64,000 nt of DNA, taken from NCBI RefSeq assembly GCF_009914755.1, contig NC_060948.1. One strand, written 5' to 3'. Of this stretch, positions 29,588-43,806 are shown in pieces. A program made the position numbers and the translations under genes. Within the stretch, counting starts at the first letter, position 1. Every line of letters begins with the position of its first letter. The notes beneath the pieces are model-generated. The model ran no database searches and had not been told where the DNA came from. It worked only from the letters and a program-made list of their open reading frames with translations. Source of the DNA: the human T2T-CHM13v2.0 reference genome, Homo sapiens.

Positions 29588-29958
29588 ATGCCTATAATTA
29601 ACTTTGTCCAACTTATTACTCCCACTCTAATTGCTATAGCATTCTTTACGCTCATTGAACAAAATATCTTAGGCTATATACAACAATGCAAAAGACTTAA
29701 CACTGTAGGTCCTACGGACTGATTCAACCATTCACTGATGGAATACACTACACACTGTATATTCACCAGAACTCTATATCACAAATTTTATTACAAAGAC
29801 CTTCTTTTACCCACCTTGTTTTTATAAATTGGAAGAGCATACCTCCAATTTAACTGTGAACACCTCACACATTTTCTATGAAAAAAAATTTCTATCACTT
29901 ACACTAGCATTCTGCATATATCACAATGTCTGTCCTAATTTTGAGCATTACACCCCAA
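29588..29958 (+). pseudogene. MT-ND1: NUMT ND1 pseudogene with large internal deletion
   Basis: ATG at 29588. The 5' part ends at caaccattcactgatggaata (~29745) and joins the late-gene tcaccagaactctat block. Only ~370 bp remain. Confidence 0.9.
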
Positions 29959-30028
29959 AGAAAATATGTCTGACAAAATAATTACTTTGACAGAGTAAAC
30001 AATAGGTGTTAAAATCCTCTTATCTCTA
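29959..30028 (+). pseudogene. MT-TI: NUMT tRNA-Ile pseudogene
   Basis: aaatatgtctgacaaaataattactttgacagagtaaacaatagg. Confidence 0.87.
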
Positions 30029-30096
30029 GAATATAGGAATTGAACCTGCACCTGAGAATCCAAAATTCTCTGTGCTACCTATTACACCACGTCCTA
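30026..30096 (-). pseudogene. MT-TQ: NUMT tRNA-Gln pseudogene
   Basis: tagaatataggaattgaacc...ctgagaatccaaaattctctgtgctacct...gtccta. Confidence 0.87.
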
Positions 30097-30097
30097 A

Positions 30098-30165
30098 ATT
30101 AAGGTCAGCTAAATAAGCTATCAGGCCCATACACTAAAAATGTTGGTTATATCCTTCCCAAAGTA
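30098..30165 (+). pseudogene. MT-TM: NUMT tRNA-Met pseudogene
   Basis: taaggtcagctaaataagctatcaggcccatac...aaaatgttggttatatccttccc. Confidence 0.9.
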
Positions 30166-30640
30166 ATTAATCCATTAGTTCAACTTATTATCTCCATTAC
30201 TATTTTCACAGAAACCCTTATCACAATGCTAGACTTACACTGATTTCTCATTTGAATGGAAATAGAAATAAATATAATTGATTTTACCTCAATCTCCATT
30301 AAAAAATAAGTTTCTGCTCTAGAGAAGCAGCCACCAAATATTTGTTTACACATACAACTGCATCTATAATTCTCATGATAGGTATTCTTTCCAATAAACT
30401 TTCCTCCAGGCAATGAATACTATTAATCAAATTTACCCTTAATAATAATAACTGCCCTAGTAATACGACTCAGAATAGCCCCCTTACTTCTAAGTCCCAG
30501 AGATAACCCAAAGAACCTCTCTTATATCTGGCATAATTCTCCTCACATGAGTAAACTAGCCTGTATCTCGATTATGTTTCAAATCTTCCATCAATGAACA
30601 TGAACATCCTCCTATCTATCAAGAACCTATCCATTATAGA
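30166..30640 (+). pseudogene. MT-ND2: NUMT ND2 pseudogene (5' half)
   Basis: Begins attaatccatta after tRNA-Met. Contains gaagcagccaccaaatattt and atagccccctt...gtcccagag, and is truncated at ctatccattatag. Confidence 0.9.
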
Positions 30641-33600
30641 GAAAGCTAAGTATTTACCAAGTTATATGGCACAATCTAACATGTGGGCAGAAATGAGGCA
30701 GAAGAGCTACATCACCAGGGTACAGCCCCTAGTAATGTGCTACCATGCCAAGTGAAGACAGGTATGAAGAAAAACAGAGAATCGCACCACCTGGGTGCTG
30801 GACTCAGAAATATATAATAATTCCTTCCCTTGAAAAAGTCAGGACAAAGGGGAGAGTCATGTCACCTAGGTTTTCACTTAGTGGTAGGTTACAATTTCTT
30901 TTGTGGGAAGGATCAAGGCAGGAGATAAGAGTCACATTACTTAGAAGTAATTCCACTGATATTCTAGTGGAATATCAGTGACCACCATAAACATGGCACT
31001 GGCAGCAGAGACAAAACACCTAGCCAATAGGCCTGGAGGTATATAAAAGTATTCTGTTTGCAGAGCACAGGCAGAAGAGTCACATTATCATGATTTTGAA
31101 CCTGTGATATGTAACAATGCCTTATGAAAAGGAATTAACCCAAAAAGTCTCAACCCAGAGGTACTAGGCCAAGGGATATGACAAAATCTCCTCATCTTTG
31201 AGGGTGACACCATTAACTGTTAGCTAATTGTGTATATAAGAGTCACAATCTATCCTGTTTGCTGGCCATTATATGACACTCTCTACAACATCTGAGAACT
31301 TTATACAAAATGCATGAGAGTTGCATACCTCCTTGAGGTCTAGATGCAAAATCTTTTTTGTTGCCCTAAACACAGGTATGACAGTCAACATCTCTCCTGT
31401 AGGCTGGCTTCAGGGATGAGAGTACTGTTATACCTGTGAGCTGGGTCCAGAAACGAGCCGCCATCCCACCTGTGGTCAGATTAAGCTATGAAAGTCAGAA
31501 TTCCAACTTTCTTCTGTATTCACTTCTTACAATCAGGACTTCAACAATGGGCTTTGTAAAGGTAGAATGGGAAAAACTTATACTTTCACTTGAATGTATA
31601 GTCAAGAGTTACAATATTAAATTTTTGCTGGGCCCTGTTATGAAACTCTCTGTACCACATAAGAAGTTTTTATAATATGAGTTAGTGTTGTTAATTTCCG
31701 TGAGCTTTATAAAAATATGCAATGAAGGACCTTACCTATTAACCTAAACCCAATGGTGAGAGTCAAAATATCTCCTTTTGGCTGAGTCTGAATATAAGGG
31801 TTAATCATTATGTTTTTGAATGAAGGAAAGTATATGTCATAATCCCATTTGTGGGCCAAAAAAAAAAATAGGATGTTAACATCCTTAGGACCTGTTTCAA
31901 GGAATATATCAAGGCAGGGTCTAGGAAAGACAGTCATATTAACTGAGGGCTGGAGCCAGCAATATGATACAACCACTAGTGGAGAAAATCCAGCAACGTG
32001 ATGAGAGCCAAAACACCTACACAACTGAACAGAGATACGTCAAAACACTTTCTATGGCTCTGGAACAGGCAGGAGAATCTTATCATTAGGGTGCAGGACT
32101 GAGCAGTAGGCTGTAATTTCTTCTTTATGCATGACCTAGGCAGAAGAGCAATATCATCCCAGTGCTGCAATCTGAAATACTGCAAAAGTCCTGTTTGTGG
32201 GTGTTTTTTGGCTACAAAACAAGAGCCACATTACCTAAGTGCTGGGCTCATCAATATGTCACAGTCTTCCCATTGTAAAGACCCAGACAGAAAAAAAGTC
32301 ACATCACTTAGAACATGGGCTCAGAGATATGACCCAATGTCATCAATATACAGGGCTCAGGTAGAAGAGAATCATATCACACCTAGGTGCTTCTTTATGT
32401 ACATGTCACAACCTAATATGCAGGCAAAATTATGGTGAAGAGCCACATCACCTGGTCCTGGGTTCTTAGATAATCACAAGTTCCCCTTAGAAAAGGCTCA
32501 GGCTAGAGAGTTATATCATCTAGGTGCAGGTTCCACCCTTACGTTACAAAGTTCCAAGTGGGCAGGGCCAAGTAGGATGTCATATCACCTAGATGATAGG
32601 CCCAGGGATATGTCACAAAGCCTTCCTAAAAGCATGGCCCTGGCAAAAGAGTACCATTGTGCTTGGCCTGGCAATGTGTCACTATACAAGTAGGCAGATC
32701 CCAAGCAAAAGAGCCGTATCACCTGCCTGATGGGCCCTGTGATATGTCAAAATGCCCTCTTTTGGTCATGGACCTGGCAAAATGGTATTATTACCTGTGT
32801 GCCTGGCCAAGGTATATGTCACTATATTGCCCTGTGTGTAGGGCTCATTCCAGAGAGGAGAGTTACATCTTGTAACTGATTGATGGAGTGATATGTCACA
32901 ATGATGTCTGTAGGCATGGTGCAAGCAAGAATGTAACATCATCTGGGTGCTGGATCCAATGATGTCACAATTCTTACCGAGAGCAGGTTCCAGGCAGAAG
33001 AGTCATATCACCAGGTAGACATCAAAATTCCCAATGTAGGCTGGAACCACTCTGATGAGTGAAATCACACAGGTGCTTGGCAAAGAATTATATCACTGTC
33101 ATGATAAAATAAAATTCTAGGGATTAGATTTAAAATACCACACATGTCCTGCTTTAATGTAAGACAGTTGCCTTCATCTATCTGTGATTGTGAAAATCTT
33201 TAAATCAGCTTGGAGCACATATGGGCTAAAAATTTCCTGTGGGTGCTTGGCCTTGTTATGACACTCTCTATAAAATCAAGGGTGTTATATAGTATATGTG
33301 ATGGTTTTAATATTCTGTGACCTTTTTACCAGAAGGAAATGCTGGACATCACTCATGTCCCTATACCTAGTTATGAGAGTCAACATTTCTCCTATCGGTT
33401 GAGTGTACGTATAAGAGTTATAATCTTGCCTTTGAGCTGTGCCTTGGTATAAGTCACCATCACCTCCTGTGGTTATTAAATAGTCAGGATAATTACAAAA
33501 CCTATATCCTAAGCCAGAAATATTCCAATATTATCTTTGAGACAGAAAAGTCACAAACCTTTTGTTCTAGGCCCAGCTCTATGGCATAATGCCCCTTGTG

Positions 33601-36600
33601 GAGAGTGTCCAGGCAGGAGAGTCATATCACCTGGATTATGGGCCCAGAGATATGTTACAATGCCTCCTGTTGAAAGGGTCCGGGGAAGAGACTCATGTAA
33701 TTTGGATGCAGGGCTTAGAAATGTTATACTCTTCACTAGAAGCAGGGTTGAGGCAAGAGAGGAGAGTCACATAACCTAGACTATGTGTCCAGAGATATGT
33801 TATGATCCCTTCTGAGGACACTGTGAAGACACAAGGGTCAAATCACCAAAGTCCTTGGCCCAGGTACATGTCAATATGCCATCTGTGGGCTAGAATTAGG
33901 CAGAATTATTAAATCACTCAGGAGAAAAGTAAATGTCACTATAACACCTGTGGACATGTTCAGGGATGAGAGTCATCATCCTGTATACATCTTGGCTCCA
34001 GGTACAAGAGTTGTTATTAGGCCTTTGACCTGGTCTTAGGTGTATGGCATAATATCACCTGTGGTCCAGGAGAAGAAAGGACAGCCGCATCACCTTAGTG
34101 GGTGCTGGTCTAGTGAATTATTACAATGTATTTTTGGGGCAGGACTCCGGAAGATGAGTCACATCACCAGGATACTTGTTTCAGTGATATATCTAAATCC
34201 CCACTATGGGGAGGGCTGAGGCAGGACAAGAGACAAAGTTCACATACTCAATTGGCCTGGATATATGTCACAATTTCCCCTGTGTGCACAAACATACAGG
34301 AGAGTAACCTCACCTTGGTGCTGGGTTCAGCAATGTGTCACAATCTCCCTGGTTGTCAGGGCCCAGGCAAGAGGGAAGAAACATCACCTAGGTTCTGAGA
34401 CAAGTGATATGTTACAAATTTTCCAATTGGCAGAGCCCTTGCACAAAAGAGTCACATCACCTGGGTTGAGATACCAGTTATGTGTCACAATGCACCCCAA
34501 GTGTCAGGCAAAGGCAATAGAAGGAATTCATGTCACTTACATGATGGACCATGATAAAAGCCACAATGCTCCTTGTAGGCAGGGTTCAGGCCAATATTTC
34601 ACATCAGCTGGGTGCTTGTCTCAGTAATACGAAAAAGTGCCCTCTGTCACATTGCCAAACAAGATGTTGTATATTGCATATATGCTTGATGCATATATGT
34701 CACAATTTCAACAGCGGTCTGGGCCTACAAAGGAGAGACAAAACACTCAGATGCTGGACAAAGTCATACTTCTCAATTACACAGTCAAAAATGTTCAGAA
34801 ATAAGTTTTACAGTCCCACAGAAGTCCTGGCTTCTGGTATGAAAGTCAACAGCTCCTATGATTTGGGTCAAAGTACAGGAGTCACAATCTGAACAATGGG
34901 CAATATCCCTGTATAAGAACCCCAGTTCCACTTGAAGACTGTTCCAAGAGATGAGTCAAAGCACTACAGGTATGCTGAATTATGGTTGAAACATCATCAA
35001 ACTACCCATGGATCAAATTCATGTATGAGAATACAACTTTAAGCTTTGACTGCTTATGTGTGTGATATTTAGTATCTCACTCATAGGCTCTGTTTATTTG
35101 TGAGAATGACAACTGTGTCAGCTGGGTGTGGATCCAAGAGTCACAATAGCCACTTGGTTGCTGGTGTCTGTTATGACACTTTTTGTACCACTCAGACCTT
35201 ATATAATATGTCTAAGTAGCATATTTTTCTGTAAATATTTACAGGTGGGAGATCTAGGACTTTACCCATGGTCCTAAGACTAGCTATGATAGTTGAAGTA
35301 TCATTCCTGGCTGGGACTAGGTATGAGAGTTATTATTGTGAATATGAGCTGAAGAAGGGTAGCACAACTTAGGTGTTGTGCCAAGCAATATGTCACAATG
35401 CTCTCTTTAGGCAGGGTCCAGTAATTAGTGTTACATTAACTGGGTGCTGGACCCAGCAATATGACACAATCCCAATGTGGGGGGCGGGGAACAGAAAAGT
35501 AATGAGAGCAAAAGAGCAAAAACACCTACAGAATAGGCCCACAATATGTGAAAATACTTTCTGTCACTCTGGCACAGGGAGGAGAGTTACATCATCAGGG
35601 CGTGGGGCCCAGAAATATGCCCTAATTATCTCCTTAGGCAGGAGTGAGGTAGAAAAGAAATATCATCTGGTTCCTGGCCCCTGCCAATATGTCAAAATTT
35701 CTTTTCATGGGCATGGTTCAGAAGCAAAAGTAGAGTCATATTGCATAAGTATTAGCCTTAGCGATATGCCACAACACCCCATTGTTAAGGCTCAGGGAGA
35801 AGAAAAGAGTCACTTCAATTAAAAAACAATCTTACATATATAGTCCAATGGCCCAAGTAAGCGGGGATCTGGCAGTAGAGAGGAGTCATATCACCTAGGT
35901 GCTTCACTAGGTATATGACATAATCTAACATGTGAGGTGAAAGGAGGTAGAGGAGCCACATCACCTTGATGCTGGGTTCTTAGATGTGTCACCAGGCTCC
36001 CTTAGGACAGGACCCAGGCAAGACTGTTACAACAAATAGATGCAGGTTCCACACTTATGTCACAAGGCTCCATGTGATCAGGGCCCAAGAAGTAAGTCAT
36101 ACCACCTAGATGACAGGCCCAGAATTATGTCACAATGTCCTCTTTGAGGCATAACCCTGTTGAAAGAGTGTGATCACCTGGATGCCTAGCCTAGCAATAG
36201 GACACCATCCAGGGAAAGCAGGACCCAAAAGGAGAGCAACATAACTTAGGTGATAGGCCAAGCGATTTTTCACAATGTCCCTCTTAGGACATGGGCCTAG
36301 CATAGGAGTGCCATACCCTGTGTGCCTGGCCCAGCTGTATGTTACTATTCCCCACTGTGTGAAAGGCCCATTCTAATGAGGAGAGTTATGTCACCCAAGT
36401 GGTTGACATAGTGAAATGTCACAATAATTTCTGTGGGCATGGCTCAGGAAAATGTAATATGACCTGGGTGCTGGATCTGGAGATATGTCATGATTCTTAC
36501 AGACAGCAGGGCCCAGGAAGGAGAGAAATATCACCCAGAGGTGGGTGGATACCACAATAACATATGTGGGCAGAAACCAGTATGGAGTGTCAGATCACAC

Positions 36601-39600
36601 AAAAACTCTACAAATACTTATATTACAATCACACTTGCAGAAAATTCCCAAAAGGAGATTTACAATATCACACCTGTCCTGTTTTCATGAGTGAGAGTTG
36701 GCTTCATATATGTGAGATGGTGACAGTTCTTACTGTCAGCAGGGTGTGCATATGCGACTCACAATTTCACCTTTTCTGCTGGGTTCTGTTATGACACTCT
36801 CTGTATAAGCCAAAGAGTTTAAGAAATATCTGAGACTGTTGTAATCTTATTTGAACTTTTTTTTTACCAGAAAGATATTTAATCACTCTTGTTACTAAAG
36901 CAAGTTATGAGAGTCAAAATTACTCCTTTTTGTGGGGTCTACATATAAGAGTCATTATCATGCCTGTGAGCTGTGCCTAGGTATATGCCATAATTTACTC
37001 TATGGTAATGAAACAGACAACACAGACAAGTCACCTAAATGCTGAGCCAGAAATTTTCATATATTCTCCTTGTAAGCAACTCCCTAGAAGAAAAGTTGCA
37101 TGTCTTGGGTTTACACTGAGATGTATGGCATAATGCCCCTTGTGGGCAATGTCTAGAAGGAAAAAGAGACTCATATCACCTAAACGATAGGCCCAAAGCT
37201 ATGTCAAAACTTCTCCTGTTGAAAGGACCCGGCAAGAAAGTCATATGAATTTGATGCAGTGCTTGGAAATGCTACAATCCCCAGTGGAATCAGGGTCTAG
37301 GAAGGAGAGTCAGGTAACAAGATGATGAGTCCAGCAACATGTAGCAGTCCTCCCTGAGGATATTGTTAACACAACAGAGTCAAATCACCAAGGTGCCCAG
37401 CTGAGGTAAGTGTCCAAATGTGTGGGTTGCACTTAAGCAGAATATTCAATCACTCATGAGCTGGGCAAAGGTATATGTCACAATAACACTGGTGGAAAAT
37501 TCCAGGAATCAGAATCATCATCATGCGTATAACCTGGCTCCAGGTTTAAGAAGAATGATTAGTCCTTTGATCTGCTCTCAGGTATATGGCACAATATCAC
37601 CTGTGGGAAGAGGAAAAGCAGGAAGGTCACGTCACCTGGGTAGGTGCTGGTGCAATGAAATGTCACAATTCTTGTAGGCAGAATCCTGAAAGAAGGGTCA
37701 TATCATATGGATGCTGGTTTAAGTAATATACCAAAATTCCACCTGTGGGTAATGCTTAAAATTAGAGTAGACTCAATTCATCTAGGCGACCGACCTAGAT
37801 ATGTCACAATAGCTTCTATGTCCAGGACCAAGGTATTGAAATGACCTCACCTTGGCACTGGGGTTAGCAATATGTCACAATATCCCCTGTGTTCAGGGTG
37901 AGGCAAGAGAGGAGAAACATAACCTAGCTGCTGAGCCAAGGGATAGGTTACAAAGATTCCTGTTGGCATAATCCAAAACACAGAGTCCAATCACCTGGGT
38001 GCAGTACCTAGTTTTGTGTCACAATGCACCGTAAGTTCAGGGCCAAGAGAGTAGAAAGGAGTCACATCACTTATGTGATGGGCCTAGATATAAGCCCAAA
38101 TACTATTTACAGGCAGGAATCAGGTAAATAATTCACATTACCTGAGTGCTGGTTCTAGTGATATGTAAAAGTGCCTTTTGTAGGCAGGCCCAGGCACCTA
38201 GACTTAGGTGTATACTCCACATATGTCACAATTTTATCTGTGGTCATGGTCTAAAAAGGAGAGTAAAATTATTCAGGAGCTGGGCTAACTTTTATGTCCT
38301 AATCACACACTAAGCAATATTCAGAAATAAGTTACACAGTCCCACACAAGTCCTGACTTTGAGTATGTGAGTTCATATCTCCTATGAGTTGGTCAAAGCT
38401 GAGAAGTCACAATCTCAACAATGGGCAAGATCCATATATTAGATGCCCAATCCCACATGAAGATTGTGCTTCAGTAAGGGAGTCGTGGAACCTCAGTTGC
38501 TGAATTATGCATCACCAAGTGACCTCTGTGTCAGATCTGTGTATGTGATGACCAATTTCAACTTTCAACTGCTCTTTTTTTTGTGAGATTTAGAACCTTA
38601 CTTCTGGGCCCTGTTCTTGTGAGAGAATGACAATCAGGTAAGATGAGTGTGCATCCAAGAGTCACAATCACACCTGGTTTCAGTTCTGTGTTATGATACT
38701 TTTTGTACCACTCAGGTTTAATGTGATATGCCTGAGTGTCATAATCCTCTGTGAACTTTATACAGTTAGGAGACCCATTACTTTACTTATGGTCATAATA
38801 TTAGCTATGAGAGTCAAAATTTCTTTCTCTTCTGGGTCTAGGTATGACAGTTATTTGTGATGTGAGCTGAACAAAGGTATATGTCACAAATTCACCTGTG
38901 TACAGAAACAAGGCAGGAGAGTTTCATCACCTGGATTCTGAAGTCAAGATACCTTACAAACTCCTTTGCAGGCCAGGCCAAGCCAGAAGAGTCACATCGC
39001 CTTGGTACAGCCTCAAATAATATGGCACCATGTCCACTGTAGACAGGTTTGTAGAAAAAGTGGAGAGTTACACCACCTAGGTCCTGGGCTCAGCATTATG
39101 TAATAATCTCCTCTTCTGGCAGACTCCAGAATAAAGAGGAACATTGCATTACCTTGTTTTCCACTCATCAGTATATTATAATTCCTTCAGTGGGCAAAAC
39201 CTAGACAGAAGACAAGAGTCACATTTCTTAGATGCTACATTCAACGATGTCACAAAGTTCCTTGAGGGTAAAGCACATGCAAAATAGACAAATCACCTAG
39301 TTGATAGGGTTGGAGATATGTGATAATATCCCTTTTTGGCAGAACCCAGAGAGAAGAGTCACATTATTATGATACTGACCCAATGATATGTCGCAATGCA
39401 CACATGGGAAACAATTTAAGCAAAATTTTAACATCTAAGTACTAGACCCAGTAATATGATGCAATCTTTTCATCTTTGAGGATGACACCGTTAAGTGCTA
39501 GCTTGGTGTATATATGAGTCACAATGTCACGTGTGTGCTGGGTCATGATATGACACACTCTACAACATCCAAAGGCTTTATATAGCATGCAAGACAGTCA

Positions 39601-42600
39601 GAGACTACTCTGACGCCCACTGGCTTATGAGAACTGACAATCTTAAATACTGCCTTAAACCCAGGTATGATAGTCAACATCTACCATTTAGGCTGAGTTC
39701 AGAAATAAGACTCATTTTTATACCTGTGAGCCTTGTCCAAAATGAGTCATGATCACACCTGTGGCCAGATCCACATATGAGAGTCACAATTCCCCCTTGG
39801 TACTGTTTTCCCTTGTCAGACTCAGTAACTCAACAGTGTGCTTTCTAAACGTGGTATGATGACAACTTTTACTTTTACCTGGCTGTGTAATTTAGATTCA
39901 CAATCTTAACTTTTTGCTGGGCCTTGTTATGTAACTCTCTGTACCACCAAAAGGAGTTTATACAATATGAGTCAGTGTTGAAAACTTCTGTGAACTTTGT
40001 ACAAATTTGAAACCCAGCATTCTACCTGTTACCTTACTCATAGTGATGAGAGATAAAATCTCTCCTATTGACTAGATTCCATTATAAATTTGACCATCAT
40101 GCCTGTGAACTGAAGCAAGGCATATATCATAATCCCATTTGTGGACAAAAGTTAGGAATAGAGTAACATCACTTAACTTAAATGATGTGGCAAGAAATAT
40201 GTCACAATACCGTTTCTAGGAGGATATGTCAAAATACACTCTGTGGTTCTGACACAGGCAGGACACTAGTATCTTCAGGGTGCTAGGCCCACCAGTCTGA
40301 CATAAATCCCTCTTCATTCAGGAATCTGGCAGAAGAGTGACATCATCTGGGGGAATAGGACAAAATTTCCCTTAGTGGGCATAGTTCAGAATAAAGAAGA
40401 GAGTCACATGACCTAAATGCAACGCTTAGCAATATGTCACAATGCCACCATTTTAAAGGCACAGGTAGGGGAAAAGAGTCATATCCCTTAGGTCATGGGC
40501 TTAGTGATATGTCTCAATGTCCTGAGTAGGCAGGGCACAGTAGACAAGAAGAGTCACATCGCCTAGGTGCTTCCCTAGGAATATATCACAATGTAACATG
40601 TGGGCAGAAACCAGGCAAAATAGCCAGATCACTTGGGTGCTGGGTCTTGATATATGTCACTAGGCTCTGTTAGGACAGCACCTGGGCAAGAGAGTTACAT
40701 CACCCTGGTGCAGGTTCTCTGCTCATGCCTACAATATGTGTAGGGCCCAAGGAGGGAGTCATTTCACCTAGGTGATAGGCCCAGAGATCTATCACAATGT
40801 CCACTATGAAGCATAGACCTGGCAAAAGAGTACCATCACCTGTGTCCATGGTATAGAAATATGCCAGTCTCCAGGTTGGCAGGGTAAAAGCAGGAGAGCC
40901 ACATAACCTAGGTGATAGGCCCAGAGATTTGTCACGATGCCCTCCTTCTGTCATAGCTCTGGCAAAAAATATCTTCACCTGTGTGCCTTTCCTTGCATTA
41001 CATAACAATCCTTTCTTTGTGCAGGGTCCATTACAGAGAGGAGAATTACCTCCTATGAGGTAGACACAAAACTATGTCACAATAATCTTGTTGGGGATGG
41101 TGCAGGCAAGAAAGTAACATCACCTGGGTGCTAGATCCAGTGATATATCACAATACATACTGAGGGAAGGGCCCAGGCAGGAGAGTCACATCACCTCTAG
41201 GTTGGCCTCAATAGATATCACAATCCCATATATGCGCCTGAACAACTCTGGATAGCCAAAATACCCAGGTGCTTTGCAAAGATTTATATCACGATCACAG
41301 TCTCAGAAAATTTCACAGATGATATTTACAATATCACACGTTTTGCTTTTATGTGTGACAGTTGGCTTCATCCATGTGAAATGATGACAGTCCTTACTGT
41401 TCAGCTGGGTGTGCATACAAGAAACAGAATTTTGCCTGTGGGCAGAGTCCTACTATGACTCTGTCTGTAGAACTCAAAGACTTTGTAAAATATATGTAAG
41501 TATTGTAATCTTTTGTAACCCTTGTACAATAAGGTGATCTAGGATATCACACATGTCCCTAAACTTGGTTACAAGAGTCAAAATATCCTCTACTGGCTGA
41601 CTCCCCATAGAAGAGTCATTATCAAGCCTGTGAGCCATACCTAGGTATATGTTCCACTTCCCTCTGTGGTTGTGAGGCAGGCAGAACAAATACATCACCT
41701 AAATGCTGGGCCAAAAATATTCCAATATTCCCTTTTTAGATGGGGTCCTGTCCAAAATGTCACAAAATTTGTGTGCTAGGATCAGCTCTATGACACAATG
41801 TCCCTTGTGGGCAGTTTCCAGGCAGAAGATGAGAGTCATATGATCTAAATGATCAGCCCAAAAATATGTTACAATGCCTCCTGTTGGCAGGGCCCAGGCA
41901 AAAATTTCATATCATTTGGATGCAGTTTTTAGAAATGCTGCAATTACCAAAGGAAGCATGGTACAGGCAGGAGAGGAGAGTCATGAAATGCAGATGATGG
42001 GCCCAGAAATATGATACAATCTACCCTAAGGACATTGTTAAGATACCAAGAGTCAAATCACTAAGGTGCTTGTCTCAGGTATTTGTCAAAATCTCATTTG
42101 TGGGCTACACTTGAGCAGAATTATTAAGTCACTCAGGAGCTGGTGAAAGGTATATGTCACAATTACATTTGTGGAAATGTCTAAGAATAAGGGTCACCAT
42201 CATGCACATATCCTGGATCCCGGCATATGAGTTGTTATTAGGCTCTTGTTATGGTCTTTAGTATATGGCACAATATGACCTGTTGCCAGAGAGAAGGCAA
42301 GAAAATCACATCACACACGTGAGTGCAGGTCCATTGAGATGTCACAATCAACCTTATGGGCAGGACCCTGGCAGAAGTGTCACATAATCTGGTTTCTGGT
42401 TTTAATGTCATATCAAAATCTCCTCTGTGGGCAGAAATTTGGCAGAAGAGGAGACACACTTCACCTAGGGAATCAACCTAGATATATGTCACAATGGCCA
42501 ATATGTGCACTACCAAGGCTGGAGAGTGACCTCACTTTGGTGCTGGGCAAGAAATATGTCACAATCTCCTTGTGGACAGGTTCCACTGAAAAGCAAAGAA

Positions 42601-43517
42601 ACAACACCTATGTGCTGAGCCAAGTGATATGTTCCAATGCTTCCTGTGGGCACAACCCCAAAAGGAGAATCATGGCACATTTGTGCAGTACTGAATTACG
42701 TGTCACAATGCGCTGTTTGCGCAGGGCCAAGGCAATAGAAGGAAGTCATATCACTTGCATGATGGACGTAGATACAAAACACAATTATTTTTGTAGGTAG
42801 GTTTCAGGCAGACAATTCACATCACCTGGGTGATGGTCCCGGTGATACATAAAATTTATCTTTATGGACAGAACAAAGGAAGATGGTGTTTATTCTATAT
42901 ATGGTACAATTTCATCTGTGTCCTGGGCCTAGAAAAGACAGTCAAATTATTCCTGTGCTGGGCAAAATTAACCTGTGACAATCACACTCTCAGAAAGGTT
43001 CAGAAAGAATTTTTACATCACACAGAAGTCCTGGCTTTTTTTAGGTGAGTCAAATCTTTCTATGAGTTGGGCCGAAGTAGAAGAGTCACAATCTCAACCT
43101 TGGGCAAAATCCATGTATAAAAGCCCAAATCTCACTTGAAGATTGTGTTCCAGCAGGGGAGTCAGAGCACCACATGGGTGCTGAATAATGGTTCAAATAT
43201 TACCAATCCACCTGTGAATCAGATCCATGTGTGAGAGCTATTATTTCAATCTTCAACTTCTTTTTATGTGTGAGATTAAGGACCTCATGCCTAGGTCCTG
43301 TTGATGTTTGAGAATAACAATCGTGTCAGCTAGGTCTGCATATAAGAGTCACATTCTCACCTGGTTGCTGGTCTCTGTTATGACACTCTTTGCACAATTA
43401 AGGCTTTATATGATATACCTGAGTCTTATAATCCTTTGTGAACTTTATACAAGTGAAAAACCCAGGACTTTACCCCTGGCTATGATATTGGCCATGATAT
43501 TCAAAATATCTCTACTG

Positions 43518-43806
43518 GGCCAGGCGTGGTGGCTCACGTCTGTAATTCCAGCACTTTGGGAGGCCAAGGCGGGTAGATCACAAGGTGAGGAGATTGAGAC
43601 CATCCTGGCTAACATGGTGAAACCCCATCTCTACTAAAAAATACAAAAAATTAGCCAGGCGTGGTAGTGGGCACCCGTAGTCCCAGCTACTCAGGAGGCT
43701 GAGGCAGGAGAATGGCGTGAACCAAGGAGGCAGAGCTTTCAGGGACCAGAGATCGCACCACTGCACTCCAGCCTGGCCTACAGAGCGATACTCTGTCTTA
43801 AAAAAA
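43518..43806 (+). mobile_element. AluY-like element in satellite
   Basis: Diagnostics gagaccatcctggctaac and ggagaatggcgtgaacc. Imperfect TSD aaatatctctactgg / aaataaatctattgg. Confidence 0.93.
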
